DNA of 64,000 bases from Candidatus Bathyarchaeota archaeon BA2. GTDB lineage: Archaea > Thermoproteota > Bathyarchaeia > Bathyarchaeales > Bathyarchaeaceae. The stretch covers positions 6,916-70,915 of the forward strand of contig LIHK01000023.1 in assembly GCA_001399795.1 (NCBI GenBank), written 5' to 3'. This document shows positions 36,160-46,219 of the stretch, in pieces (position 1 is the stretch's first letter; every line of letters begins with the position of its first letter). The notes below the pieces were generated by a model. It ran no database searches and was not told the origin of the DNA. It saw only the letters and a list, made by a program, of their open reading frames with translations. A program made the translations under genes and the position numbers.

Positions 36160-37260
36160 GTGAAAAACATTAAGGATGAATACATGATCGTTGTCGGTAC
36201 TAGACCAGAAATTGTCAAGATGGCACCGATCATTCGAGCATTAGATGAGGAATCCCAGTCTTATGTTTTAGTCAATTGCGGGCAACACTACGACTATAAC
36301 ATGTCTCAACAATTCATCGAAGAGCTTGAACTGCCAACGCCAGATTACGGCTTCAAGGTAAGAGCATACTCACCTGGACTGCAAACCAGCAGAATCCTCA
36401 CCCTCATTGAGCGTGTTGTCAAAAAAGTGAAACCAAGAGTTGTGTTAGTTGAAGGTGACACTAATGGCGTGTTAGCTTCTGCTTTGGCGGCTGTCAAACT
36501 TAACGTTCAAGTAGGTCACGTAGAAGCTGGGCTTAGAAGTTTTGACTTGCGCATGCCGGAGGAGCATAACCGCCGTTTGGTAGACCACATGTCTACATAT
36601 CTTTTTGCCCCAACTAAAAATGCCCAGCGAAATCTTGAGAGAGAGAATGTTTGGGGCAAGATTTGTGTGACTGGAAACACGGTTATTGACGCAGTGATAC
36701 AGCACATTCCAGTCGCCGAAAAAAAGTCAAACATTCTAGATATGGTAAGGTTTGAGAAATTTGCACTTGTCACGGCACATCGATGTGAAAACGTGGACGA
36801 CCCTGACGTACTCAAAAACTTTGTTGAAGCTTTTACTGAAACACCAATTCCAATAGTTTACCCCATCCATCCAAGAACCAAAAAAAGGTTGAGCCAACAA
36901 AAAATGTGGAAGAAGCTGTCGCTAGCAGAAAACGTGCAGATTTTGCAACCACTTGGATATCTCGACTTCCTTGTGCTTATGAAAAACTGTGAATTGATAA
37001 TAACTGATTCTGGCGGAATACAAGAAGAAGCCACTGCACCACCAATACGAAAACCAGTTCTAGTCATAAGGCTATCTACCGAAAGACCTGAAGCTGTTGA
37101 AGCGGGCTTCGCAGAGGTTGTAGGCGTGGATAAGCACAACATTCTAGTTGCAATGGAACAAGCTATAAAAAGAAAAAACAGACTGCCGAAAAATTCGCCT
37201 TTCGGCACCGGGACAGCTGCTAAAGAAATAGTCAAGATCATAATCGAAGAGGCCCTTTAA
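36160..37260 (+). CDS. UDP-N-acetylglucosamine 2-epimerase paralogue
   Basis: It shows the same motif set (VGTRPEIVK, CGQHYD, HVEAGLRS, PEEHNRR, DSGGIQEEA). By eye it is roughly 40-50% identical to the upstream copy. Confidence 0.9.
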   Translation: MKNIKDEYMIVVGTRPEIVKMAPIIRALDEESQSYVLVNCGQHYDYNMSQQFIEELELPTPDYGFKVRAYSPGLQTSRILTLIERVVKKVKPRVVLVEGDTNGVLASALAAVKLNVQVGHVEAGLRSFDLRMPEEHNRRLVDHMSTYLFAPTKNAQRNLERENVWGKICVTGNTVIDAVIQHIPVAEKKSNILDMVRFEKFALVTAHRCENVDDPDVLKNFVEAFTETPIPIVYPIHPRTKKRLSQQKMWKKLSLAENVQILQPLGYLDFLVLMKNCELIITDSGGIQEEATAPPIRKPVLVIRLSTERPEAVEAGFAEVVGVDKHNILVAMEQAIKRKNRLPKNSPFGTGTAAKEIVKIIIEEAL

Positions 37261-37290
37261 TAAGGAATCACTTGTGCGGATAAAAGAAAG

Positions 37291-37843
37291 AGTGATTTTG
37301 CTTTTCTGCTTGACGGTTTAGAAGAGGAAGGCGAATTAACAATAGACATAATGGCCAACTACTGCCTAGGACGTCTACCAATACGAAAACAACCAATAAA
37401 TCATCCGCCCGCAAAATCGAAACAGGAACACTTAAGCCTGGGAAAACGGTCATTTTCAAACCATCTAGAACCGGGAGACTCAGTCGGCTTATTTTAGACG
37501 GAATTGACACGGTTAGGAGAGGCGAAGTATTAAGCTATCCTCAAAACCAGCCACAAAACGTCAAAAATTCATCGCTGAAATAATTGTATCCTCCGATATC
37601 CAGATAAAAATGGTGATGAACTAATAATTCGTTATGGAAACGCTGAAAAGGAGAAGTGCAAAAAATACTAAGTGAAATCGATCCCTTTTTCCCTTCAATA
37701 ATAAATCTTCCAAGTTCGGGAGAGTCAGAGTAGTTTTGAGGCATAGTGGCCCAAGCGCGAGAAGTTCCATTTTTTAAAACTTCTGGAAGTTTAGAACGGA
37801 CAGCGAGACTAAATAAAACTTTTTTCTTCTCGCACAAGCGCGC
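37291..37843 (+). pseudogene. heavily decayed remnant of a translational GTPase (EF-1alpha-like), domains II-III
   Basis: Fragments are readable across three frames: LLDGLEEEG...GRLPIRKQPINH, KIETGTLKPGKTVIFKPS...RRGEVLSYPQNQP, FIAEIIVSSDIQ, DELIIRYGNAEKEKCK and ILSEIDP. There are multiple stops. It ends at GCGCGC 37838-37843. Confidence 0.5.
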
Positions 37844-37973
37844 TACATGAGGTGTTAACCAAACAATATTTGAGAAGCTTTGAAGAGGGTCGATTTTTTG
37901 TGCCGTTGTTACATGCTTGAATGAAGAGGAAAAATTGAAGTGTTGCCTGTAAAGTCAAGTCTTCAGTTCATAC

Positions 37974-39866
37974 CTAGGATTCCTCTTCGTAGTAGAATAT
38001 GCGTAGTTTTTCGTCACCTTCTGGATAATAGAAAACTCCCCCCGGATAGGTTTCGAGGTTATTGTCTTCAGCTTGTTTAATTATGCGTTTGTATTCATCT
38101 TCACCCAGTCTGAGTTTTGATATAATGAAGTAGGTGACCTTAGCATCCGTGTAGTTCATGGCTTCGATCATTACCTCAGGCGATGGGTTATTCTTTATTT
38201 TGTTGAATAATGCCACTCCCACGGGGTTACGTTCTGGGAAGTAGTATGCCCTTAGATTGTAGGTTCCTGTCATCATCTGTCCTGCGTATGATATCCATCT
38301 GTCGCATATTACGATATAGCTTTTGTTTGTAGTTTTTTCGATGTATTTTACTGCTTCCAATTCGTAGGATGTTGTTTGCACTATACCTAGTGAAATGTGG
38401 GGGTAGGCATAATTGACTGAGAGGGTGATCCATCCTGCCAGCACGACTGGCATTAAGATATTCATCATAAAGAGTAACCCTAGAGCGGAATAGGTGATGG
38501 CTTTCAGGAATATTTTTACGTTTCTAAAGGATGTTATTGGAACCAGCAAATGCAACTTGAAGGAAGTAATCTTTGAGATTGTGCGACGGGAAAATGCGAG
38601 GAGCTCCTTTATGGCGAGTGCTACTAGTGGGACGCTTAAGAGGTCTCTGAACATCCATAGTCTTTCTTCTCTGAAGGGTACCCCCACCATGAATAAATTT
38701 AGTATATGATAATCTATCCAAAGCATGAGAAGTCCGAGAAAGAGAAATACTATGTAGATGCGTGTGTTGTTGCTGTGTTCTTGATTGCGGGTTGTGTACA
38801 GTTTGTATATGACCCAGATGAAAGCGATGAGGGGTCCAATGATGTGTATGAGCATGACGGGAAGAGAGTAGCCTAAATAGTCACCTAGCAGGAACCTTCC
38901 GATCAGTTCTGTTATCGTGTATCCGTGGATTTTGTCCATGCTGAAATATGTGTATAGATGGACAGAGAATCTTTGACATACGAGAGCGAAAGGCAGGAGG
39001 CTTGTCGATAAAATGAAAACCATTGGTAGAAAGAGTTTTGCGAATGATGGGGCTTCTCTTTTTTCCCTTTCGTATTCTCTGAGAGAATAGGCTATCAAAA
39101 GGAAAGAGAAGGAAATTAATCCTGTTAAGAAGTGTGATACGAAAGAAGCAAAGGTGAATATCAGCATTAGGCGTGTGTACATAGATTCTGGAGAAGTGAG
39201 GTACTTTAAAAAGAAGTATAGGGACCCTAGGAAGAATATGAAGCCTAAGCTGTTGGGCACAGAGATTGCTCCCCAAGAGATGAGGAGAGGAAAGGCTAAG
39301 CTCAAGAGACTTGCGAGGGCTGAAATTTTCTCGTCTCCTCCAAGTGTTTTGGTGATCATGAAAGTAATTGTTGGAATGAATATTCCCCAGAGCATTGGTA
39401 GCAGTAGCAGGTGACTCCAAAAAACATCTATCCCAAACATACGTGCAAATGTCACGCTGTAAACACTCTGGAAGTTGCCGCTGCCGAACCAGTTGTATAT
39501 TCTTGTTAGAATGTTTTCGACGGTTCCTCCAAATCCGTGAGGTGCAGTATTGTCGAATATGCGCCTCGTGACGCCTAGTACCGATTGTTGGAACGATATT
39601 TTACCAGCTGGAAAGACAATGACAAAGAAAGAATGTGAAAGGATAGAGTGAACAATTATGAAAAGTATTTTGTATTCAACTTTTTCAGATGAGAAAATAA
39701 TTGCAACTAATAGGGCTGTTGTTGCGAAGAAGAGGGGCATGAACAAAGGATGCATATGTTGCCACACCGTATACGGTTCCTCAGATCGCGAAATTAGAAG
39801 GAGGAAAAAGAGGAGAACCGTGAAGAAGAGATAAAGAATTTTTGTAAAGGCGTAAATGTTTTTCAT
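37974..39866 (-). CDS. large polytopic membrane protein with a C-terminal soluble domain (possible GT-C-type glycosyltransferase or polymerase)
   Basis: 630 aa with more than 12 hydrophobic segments followed by a roughly 130-aa hydrophilic tail. It sits in the glycan cluster. No WWDYG (AglB) motif is present. Confidence 0.65.
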   Translation of the reverse strand: MKNIYAFTKILYLFFTVLLFFLLLISRSEEPYTVWQHMHPLFMPLFFATTALLVAIIFSSEKVEYKILFIIVHSILSHSFFVIVFPAGKISFQQSVLGVTRRIFDNTAPHGFGGTVENILTRIYNWFGSGNFQSVYSVTFARMFGIDVFWSHLLLLPMLWGIFIPTITFMITKTLGGDEKISALASLLSLAFPLLISWGAISVPNSLGFIFFLGSLYFFLKYLTSPESMYTRLMLIFTFASFVSHFLTGLISFSFLLIAYSLREYEREKREAPSFAKLFLPMVFILSTSLLPFALVCQRFSVHLYTYFSMDKIHGYTITELIGRFLLGDYLGYSLPVMLIHIIGPLIAFIWVIYKLYTTRNQEHSNNTRIYIVFLFLGLLMLWIDYHILNLFMVGVPFREERLWMFRDLLSVPLVALAIKELLAFSRRTISKITSFKLHLLVPITSFRNVKIFLKAITYSALGLLFMMNILMPVVLAGWITLSVNYAYPHISLGIVQTTSYELEAVKYIEKTTNKSYIVICDRWISYAGQMMTGTYNLRAYYFPERNPVGVALFNKIKNNPSPEVMIEAMNYTDAKVTYFIISKLRLGEDEYKRIIKQAEDNNLETYPGGVFYYPEGDEKLRIFYYEEES

Positions 39867-39867
39867 T

Positions 39868-40254
39868 TCAGTTCCCTACCATATTTTTTCTTAGTTTGTT
39901 GATGGCTGAACACAAGATGGCTACGACGCAAAGTGCCACTGATGTGATGTTGATGTCAAGATTGTAGATAATCAGGGTTATCCAGCCAATTGTGCCTAGG
40001 AGTAGGAGAAACGTCAGGTTTCCAAATATAAACCTAATGAGTGATTTTTCTTTTTCGAAAAAAGCCTGCCCCAAGAAGATGGTGTTCGATGATAAGAAGG
40101 TAAGAGAAGCGGTTATACCTATGATTGGTGAATTAAGAAAAATTTGGTTTATGTAGATGATCAAGATCATAAGCAATGAAAACGTTGTGAAAAGAAATTT
40201 CTCGTCTCGTGTTATCAGATCTTCCATATCTTTAAGTTTGCATCGGCGCTTCAT
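39868..40254 (-). CDS. small four-TM membrane protein
   Basis: 128 aa. Its stop lies 1 nt from the start of the downstream 630-aa membrane protein gene. Confidence 0.55.
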   Translation of the reverse strand: MKRRCKLKDMEDLITRDEKFLFTTFSLLMILIIYINQIFLNSPIIGITASLTFLSSNTIFLGQAFFEKEKSLIRFIFGNLTFLLLLGTIGWITLIIYNLDINITSVALCVVAILCSAINKLRKNMVGN

Positions 40255-40593
40255 TTCTTATCGCCTATTACTGGCTTCAAACTGCTTAGTCAATGTACTA
40301 TGGGGTTATTAAATGATTTTTATATATCCTTCTTTCAGGACGGTTGCCCTTATTTCTTACCACTAAGTGCCGCACCGTCAGGGAATCAGACAACCTTAGA
40401 CGCCATGGTTAATCAGAATTTGTATTTGTTAGATATGGCTGGAGGACCGGTGGGTTGGGTTTACGTAACCAACGGAACCCTAACGTGGAGTTACGATGCC
40501 TCCACCAAGATATTAACATTAAACGTTACACACCTTAGCCCCGCAAGAATAGTAGTTTACTGGCGCAGACGACTTCATATTCTCAGGGGCATA

Positions 40594-40998
40594 CTATTTC
40601 TGTGTTTCCAGTTTATGCTTGGTTTTTCTAAACTTTTTGAAATATAATCCCACCCCAATAGCGACAGCCGTCAAAGATAAACCAGCAACCAACATATGTA
40701 GGAGCGGAATGCCCGGCCCTCCCACTTTATAACGGTAAGCTGACGTTGTCTCGACGTTCTTAGCCCTGTCCGTAGCTTGAACAAGAAACGAGACAACCTT
40801 GCCGTCGCTTTGACCTGGAATCTCAGCCCGCCAGAGACCATTTTCATAAGTCATATTAATCGTCCAGTGAGGAAGGAGGTCGCGGTTCAAAAAGTAATAA
40901 AGCCTCACAGTATCTAAACCACTTGCGTTCTCCGGCTCGTCTATAGAAACTTGGACAAGCACTGGCTGGCCAGCAGAAGGGTTCACGGGATCCCACAT
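40594..40998 (-). CDS. Ig-like surface domain with a C-terminal TM anchor; the N-terminus appears replaced (fragment)
   Basis: It ends GGPGIPLLHMLVAGLSLTAVAIGVGLYFKKFRK and has no signal peptide. Its ATG lies inside the tail of an out-of-frame GT2 remnant. Confidence 0.45.
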   Translation of the reverse strand: MWDPVNPSAGQPVLVQVSIDEPENASGLDTVRLYYFLNRDLLPHWTINMTYENGLWRAEIPGQSDGKVVSFLVQATDRAKNVETTSAYRYKVGGPGIPLLHMLVAGLSLTAVAIGVGLYFKKFRKTKHKLETQK

Positions 40999-41102
40999 GG
41001 GAACTCACAAACAACCACCATATCTACATGTCTCTGCGCGACCAAAACCACTTTAGCTATGGTTTTCTCCTCGTTATAGGCAGGTATACCAGTGACAATC
41101 AA
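40983..41102 (-). pseudogene. N-terminal remnant of a family-2 glycosyltransferase
   Basis: LIVTGIPAYNEEKTIAKVVLVAQRHVDMVVV is followed by a stop after 39 codons. The DDGS region is absent. Confidence 0.5.
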
Positions 41103-41105
41103 AAC

Positions 41106-41462
41106 CTACGCAACCCAGCAAACACTAAAATCTCTTGAATTCACAGCATTTATGCCATGAAACCTGATGAAGCCCGAATCGTGCTTCCAACTTGAAGCAC
41201 TAATGTTTCCCCAACCTAGGGCAATCGCGCTTCCAGCCTTATTCACATTCTCCAAAAACTTGCTCTCCAGGTTCTTCAACAACTTTCTGACAATATCCAA
41301 AACCACTCTAGCAAGAATTGGGCTTCGAATCTTCTCTACGCAACGTATAGTCAAGTCAACGATGCCTCTCTCCACCCTCGACAAGACTTTAAACCAAACC
41401 CTACGCCTCAAGGCTCTAGTCTTAATTTTCATCAAACTCTGCCTAGTCACCAAATTCTCCAC
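41106..41462 (-). CDS. hypothetical helical protein
   Basis: 118-aa ORF with no motif. An overlapping plus-strand ORF of similar length makes the strand choice uncertain. Confidence 0.35.
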   Translation of the reverse strand: MENLVTRQSLMKIKTRALRRRVWFKVLSRVERGIVDLTIRCVEKIRSPILARVVLDIVRKLLKNLESKFLENVNKAGSAIALGWGNISASSWKHDSGFIRFHGINAVNSRDFSVCWVA

Positions 41463-41889
41463 TTTCCTCTCTTTTCAGTCGATCTCCCTCAACAGCGGGA
41501 AACCGCGACACCAACTAATTTTAGAAGCAGACTTCTATTAAAGGTTATTTCCTAATTTTTATATAAACCAAGTTCTATACAAGAACATGTAAATTTACTG
41601 AACAAAAACAAACTTCAAAAACAACAAATTTTAAACTTATCAGATAAAGACAAGGAAGCTAGGACAGCTTCTACCGCATTTTCAACAACTCAAACGGAAA
41701 ACTTAATTCTTATCTATCATAGCTGATGTTGCCTTGGTTAAGCACTCTGTAGACTGAAGAGAGGCAGGGTGGTGACTGCTTATTTTTCATCCAATTGCGC
41801 GCGCAAGTTCGGAAAGCCTTGAAGAACTTTCTTACAGCAACCTCACTCAAAAGTGACAAGAAATGCGATTTTCTGCGAAAAGCGACAAA

Positions 41890-42348
41890 CTACAGCTCTT
41901 TTGTTTCAACTTTACTTGACACAAAGTCTATAGCTTGGACCACGTTTTTAGCAATTCCTAGAAGGCACGTCAGGACTAGCATGGCTAGCACCACCGTGGC
42001 ATTGAGCATAATATTTACGGACGCTCCTTCAAAAGGCACAGTCAAGGCTATGACGCCGCCATTCAAGACGTAGATAAAGAATATCATCAAGGCTAAATTT
42101 CTGGCAACGCCGAACACGTATTGAAAGACGGTTCCAGAAGAAAGCACACCAACAAAGAGAAGGAAAATGAACACTGCCGCAAATATGTTGGTGAGTGGCT
42201 CATACCAAGGAAAGAAGGGCTGAATGGGACTTATAAGGGTTGAAAGGAAATACATAGGTAAATACGTGATAACCGCCAACAAAGCCGCTTTGAAAACCCT
42301 TGGCACAATCTTTTTCACGAAGAGTTTGGTATTTCTTTCCTCAACCAT
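41890..42348 (-). CDS. four-TM membrane protein
   Basis: 152 aa. It overlaps the upstream gene's stop by 8 nt, consistent with an operon. Confidence 0.6.
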   Translation of the reverse strand: MVEERNTKLFVKKIVPRVFKAALLAVITYLPMYFLSTLISPIQPFFPWYEPLTNIFAAVFIFLLFVGVLSSGTVFQYVFGVARNLALMIFFIYVLNGGVIALTVPFEGASVNIMLNATVVLAMLVLTCLLGIAKNVVQAIDFVSSKVETKEL

Positions 42349-43060
42349 ACGGCATCACCACGGGACCAAAACTGAACACAGAGGTCTCAAAATAAAAATG
42401 CATTTCACCGCTCGGCGTGAGCTTTAGGTCATTGACAATTAGCTCAATTCGATCCTCATACTTAGAATGTGATGGTGCATCCAAACTTGATGTTCTGGAA
42501 GCTATAACCTCACCTCTATCGTTGTACATTTCAGCAAGCATCATCCCGTCTACGCCGAAATACGGTGAGTGATTTTCAAAACTTAAGGGTATAATAACCC
42601 TTCGATGTGTAAGGTTATGGTCATTGTAAGAGGGTTGTCCCACGGAAAAGTTGTAGAGGGGTGCCCCCCAAGGTATTGTCGTATTCATTGAACCCTTAAG
42701 GGGGACAACACGCGCAAAATTTAGTTTCATGGATGCGTCCATATTGAAAATGGTGTCATTAAATAGGTAAATTTGAGCCCTAGATGTAATGTCGTCTAGG
42801 TTCATAGAGATGTTATACGCCGTCTCAACGCTGCTACCTCTTGATATCAAAGGTACAAACGTTGTGGATGTCGACACTAAAGATCCATTGTAGTCCACTA
42901 GGTTAACCGTTATGTTGAGTTCGTACAGATCATAAAGGCCAGTGTTATTAATGAGTAAAGGAATCGAAATAACCACGAGTCCACTTGAAAGGAATACTTG
43001 GGGTTCCCCAAAACTTATCCTCACGTTCATAGCTGAGTATACCGACGTAGCTGAAAACAT
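42341..43060 (-). CDS. secreted or anchored beta-rich protein (LEA_2/immunoglobulin-like); its N-terminal anchor is probably encoded in another frame from 43121
   Basis: 239 aa. Upstream, MRYAVRALGW (ATG at 43121) and in-frame QQKYFWIFIIMFSATSVYSA would form a classic signal anchor if 1 nt were removed. Confidence 0.55.
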   Translation of the reverse strand: MFSATSVYSAMNVRISFGEPQVFLSSGLVVISIPLLINNTGLYDLYELNITVNLVDYNGSLVSTSTTFVPLISRGSSVETAYNISMNLDDITSRAQIYLFNDTIFNMDASMKLNFARVVPLKGSMNTTIPWGAPLYNFSVGQPSYNDHNLTHRRVIIPLSFENHSPYFGVDGMMLAEMYNDRGEVIASRTSSLDAPSHSKYEDRIELIVNDLKLTPSGEMHFYFETSVFSFGPVVMPYG

Positions 43061-43137
43061 GATTATGAAGATCCAAAAATATTTTTGTTGCCCAGCCCAG
43101 CGCCCTTACCGCATACCTCATTCGCCTTTCTTCCCTT

Positions 43138-43554
43138 TTACCATAGGCGGCTAGGAGTATCACTTGACGAGCTTGGCTTTCTCAACCTTTCCAGTTTTTT
43201 AGCCTTCAGGCTTTCTGCAGTCTTGGGCTTCGGGGCTTTCACGGTTTCCGGGACTATTGACTTGAATTCTGGTTTAACTTCAGTTTTTACTTCGCGTTTG
43301 AGTTGTGTGACTAGTTGTACGCCCCTTATCGTCAGTAAAGAACCTATCCATCCCATTATGCCGAGGTACATGATACGAATGCATGTTTCAATCAATGGAG
43401 CCAAAGCCGTGCCGAAAAAGGTTACGAGATCAGCTGATCCTGTGATGGTTGGATTATTGCTAAGAAACAGGCATGCGCTGGCGAAGGTGAAAGCTAGCAG
43501 GGCTATGCCTATGAATAGAGTAGCGTATCCTGAAACCTCAGCTTTGTCTTCCAT
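43138..43554 (-). CDS. membrane protein with a Lys/Pro-rich C-terminal tail
   Basis: 138 aa with three hydrophobic helices followed by KREVKTEVKPEFK...KAPKPK. Confidence 0.6.
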   Translation of the reverse strand: MEDKAEVSGYATLFIGIALLAFTFASACLFLSNNPTITGSADLVTFFGTALAPLIETCIRIMYLGIMGWIGSLLTIRGVQLVTQLKREVKTEVKPEFKSIVPETVKAPKPKTAESLKAKKLERLRKPSSSSDTPSRLW

Positions 43555-43684
43555 AAGTGGGGCCCTCGTCGTAAGTTAGCTAAGAAAATGATATTAAGTC
43601 TTCTGTCTCACTAAACCATATTTTCCTTAATTATCCACCCTTCGCATCCAGGAGAAGTTTAGTGAGTAAAAAGCAGTCAAGGTC

Positions 43685-43882
43685 TTAAAGGCTTCCAACA
43701 CTGTTCTTTCTTTTCAAGGCGCGAATGACACTCGATGCCTCTTGAGCAGTTTTAGTGTGGGCGACCTTTTTTGCTTTATCCAAAACTAGTCGAGTTTCAC
43801 AGTAGGGGCATCTCCTTGTTTTTTGACCAGTTTTAGCCAACAGAAATTGTCCACAGTTGTGGCAAATGATCACCAAATACAT
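43685..43882 (-). CDS. zinc-ribbon protein (DUF1922 family)
   Basis: 65 aa with CHNC...CPYC, a four-Cys ribbon, and a basic C-terminus. Confidence 0.7.
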   Translation of the reverse strand: MYLVIICHNCGQFLLAKTGQKTRRCPYCETRLVLDKAKKVAHTKTAQEASSVIRALKRKNSVGSL

Positions 43883-43955
43883 TTGACCGTGCTCCTCCTA
43901 GTCGAAAAGCTTTTCCTTACTACAGAGATTTAAGTGCTGTAGAGGATGCAGATAA

Positions 43956-44294
43956 ATGAGTAGGGGTTCTCTCATCGAACTTGCGTCCAAGTATTTTAGG
44001 CAAAATGGGTACACAATCGAGAAAGACGCTGTTTTGGAAGGAATTTCTGGTCTTCCGCGGAAGTTTGATATGGTTATTCGCAAAGGCAAAGAGCAACACT
44101 CGGTTTGGATCAAAGATTGGAAGAGAACAGTGGGTGTCAATATTGTTATAAACATGGACAAGGCATCAGAGGATGTGGGGTTTCCAAAACCAGTAATGAT
44201 ATCTGACAAATTTAGTGGTCACGCGAAGGCTTATGCCAATCGTCGGGGCATTACGTTGCTTTCAAAACGTCAAATCCTACGGATGCTGGGATAA
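43956..44294 (+). CDS. small restriction-endonuclease-like (PD-(D/E)XK, Mrr-cat-like) protein
   Basis: EGISGLPRKFDMVI...VWIKDWK fits an E...D...(I/V)xK core. 112 aa. Confidence 0.5.
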   Translation: MSRGSLIELASKYFRQNGYTIEKDAVLEGISGLPRKFDMVIRKGKEQHSVWIKDWKRTVGVNIVINMDKASEDVGFPKPVMISDKFSGHAKAYANRRGITLLSKRQILRMLG

Positions 44295-44295
44295 A

Positions 44296-44916
44296 CTAGA
44301 AATGTTTTAGGAAGTCGTGCAGTCGTCCCTCAGTCTCTAATTTTCCTAACCAATCAACTATCCCCACTTCGCACTTCTTTCTTCCTTCTAACACTGAAAT
44401 CATGGATTCCACCACCTCTTCAACTCTTTTACCACTAACATCAATCTCGCAAACTTTATCAGGCCCGCATGCTGACACGGCGTCCCAGAGGCAGACATCT
44501 AAGATTTCAGCGGCGAGATTTTCCCAAAGTTTCCTTCCCTTAAATCCACGGTTCTCCATGAGACCTTTAAGCTCGTCCGGATCTCGTCTAAGAACAAAAA
44601 CTACATGAACGTCCTTGGCTGGTGTGACGTCAACGGCGTAGTGACCGTCAATTATGATGTCTCGCTGAGAACTCTTCATAATCTCTTGAACTCGCTTCGA
44701 AACCCTGTCAGTATCTGCAATCAAAGTTTTTCTCACTTTGTCTATGCCGCTAGTCAACTTTTCTTGCTCAGCGAGTTCCGTTAAATTGGCATGTACAGCA
44801 TCCAGCTTGGAGGCTAACAAACGAGAGATAGAGGTCTTTCCGACAGCGGGCGTGCCGGTGATCAAAATAACTCTCCTAAATCCTTTCACACTCTTTGACA
44901 GGTTTAAGGCTGACAA
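44296..44916 (-). CDS. Fap7/adenylate-kinase-6-like NTPase
   Basis: P-loop ILITGTPAVGKTS, IIDGHY, and VVFVLRRDPDELKGLMENRGF lid region. Confidence 0.7.
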   Translation of the reverse strand: MSALNLSKSVKGFRRVILITGTPAVGKTSISRLLASKLDAVHANLTELAEQEKLTSGIDKVRKTLIADTDRVSKRVQEIMKSSQRDIIIDGHYAVDVTPAKDVHVVFVLRRDPDELKGLMENRGFKGRKLWENLAAEILDVCLWDAVSACGPDKVCEIDVSGKRVEEVVESMISVLEGRKKCEVGIVDWLGKLETEGRLHDFLKHF

Positions 44917-45189
44917 GTAGAATGGTGTGTCTTTTTTACAAATTTTGTGGTGCTCAACGGACTAGTCTCAGAGGCAAAGTTAAATTCGACTTCAAAGAAT
45001 TAGACCCATGGTTCCGGGGATTGGACATACTATCCCTTACTCATCCTTCTTGAAACATCAAGTCCTTTAAAGTGGCAATTCCGACTCATTAAGTCCACTG
45101 GCGCAACCTTAGGCATAGTTTTATTCATCGAAATACAGTTCACTTTTATTTGTTGAGTTTTATGGAACGTCGACAACTAAGTAAATAGT

Positions 45190-45610
45190 TTATTCATAAA
45201 ATTCACGTTTCCACTCGATTAGATCGTTTTCACTCAGTATCGGACTGTCTATTGGATCCCACTTCATTTCTCCGTTTACATAATATACCCAGTACCCCCC
45301 CCTCTCCGCCCTTGTAACCTGTAACTGCATTAACACTATGCACATATAACGACCCCCATTCCTCGCCAGTCTCCACGTCTGCCACGGCGTCTAAAGCCGC
45401 AAGCGGTGTATTGCCACAATAAATAGAGTGGTATTCCTCTTCCATACTATTACCGTAATCAATAATTATGGATATGTGAACGGGATAAGTAGCTGGAGAC
45501 AAGGCGCGGTAATAGTAGTATCCTGCTCCAAGCGAAGCCATAATGGTCCCACAAATCACCCCAATGGCTAAGGTCCATCTTTTTTTCAGGAGCAATGCCA
45601 ATTTTCTCAC
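45190..45610 (-). CDS. DUF4430-like (transcobalamin-fold) membrane-anchored protein, interrupted by a frameshift in a C8/G8 run
   Basis: It has an N-terminal TM segment and the PLAALDAVADVE core. After the homopolymer at 45295-45302 the alternative frame reads GYWVYYVNGEMKWDPIDSPILSENDLIEWKREFYE, which is the family's C-terminal consensus. Confidence 0.6.
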
Positions 45611-46131
45611 TTCAGAATTTTCCTCATAGCTGTTATTAGCGGGATTGAACCCAGACTAAAAATCGCGATGTTGCTAAACACGTGTATAAACATAAACGGT
45701 ACGCCGAAAATTACGGCAAGAACAATGGGGATGCTGAATGTCACGGCAAAAACAATGTTTGTAACTATGTCGTAGATTAGTGTTAGCATGCACGCAAAGA
45801 TTCCAAACAAAGTACACAGCCTCAAATGTTGACCTTTAAAATCTATTGAAGCCAAACTCTTTCCTATGAGACCACCGACAATTCCGTAAATAGATTCGGC
45901 AAACATCGTGGCCAGGTATATTGGCAACAAAAAACCATAAGGGTTTATTAACCCATAAACTATCCAACTAAGGGCGCCTATCAAAGCCCCGGTAAAGGGT
46001 CCGAAACAAAATCCCCCAATGAAGATTATAAAATCCATAACCTTTACGTTGGGCACGCCGACCAACGCGTAATTTGTTGCTACGCAGAGAGCGGTTAAGG
46101 TTGCGATGATCGAAACTTTACGGACGTTCAT
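45607..46131 (-). CDS. ECF-transporter S-component-like membrane protein
   Basis: 174 aa with 5-6 TM segments and a Gly-rich helix pattern. It overlaps the DUF4430 gene's start by 4 nt. Confidence 0.5.
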   Translation of the reverse strand: MNVRKVSIIATLTALCVATNYALVGVPNVKVMDFIIFIGGFCFGPFTGALIGALSWIVYGLINPYGFLLPIYLATMFAESIYGIVGGLIGKSLASIDFKGQHLRLCTLFGIFACMLTLIYDIVTNIVFAVTFSIPIVLAVIFGVPFMFIHVFSNIAIFSLGSIPLITAMRKILK

Positions 46132-46219
46132 TATTGGTTGGATTATCTATCCAAGTTATTTAAGAGTTACTATTATTTAAGATAGTGACAATAATTTAAA
46201 ACAGAGGAGAAAACTGGAT

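Noticed and set aside
37268-37837. Two minus-strand ORFs (80 and 98 aa) downstream of the second wecB.
   Set aside because: The plus strand here carries recognisable though decayed EF-1alpha-like segments. The minus-strand ORFs are by-products of that remnant.
17258-37850. Heptamers CATGAGG and GCACAAG flank the (GC)n tracts at 17264 and 37838 in swapped order, which hinted at att-like recombination products.
   Set aside because: The matches are only 7 nt each and the geometry does not fit a simple integration or inversion. They are too weak to claim and are mentioned only under the (GC)n finding.
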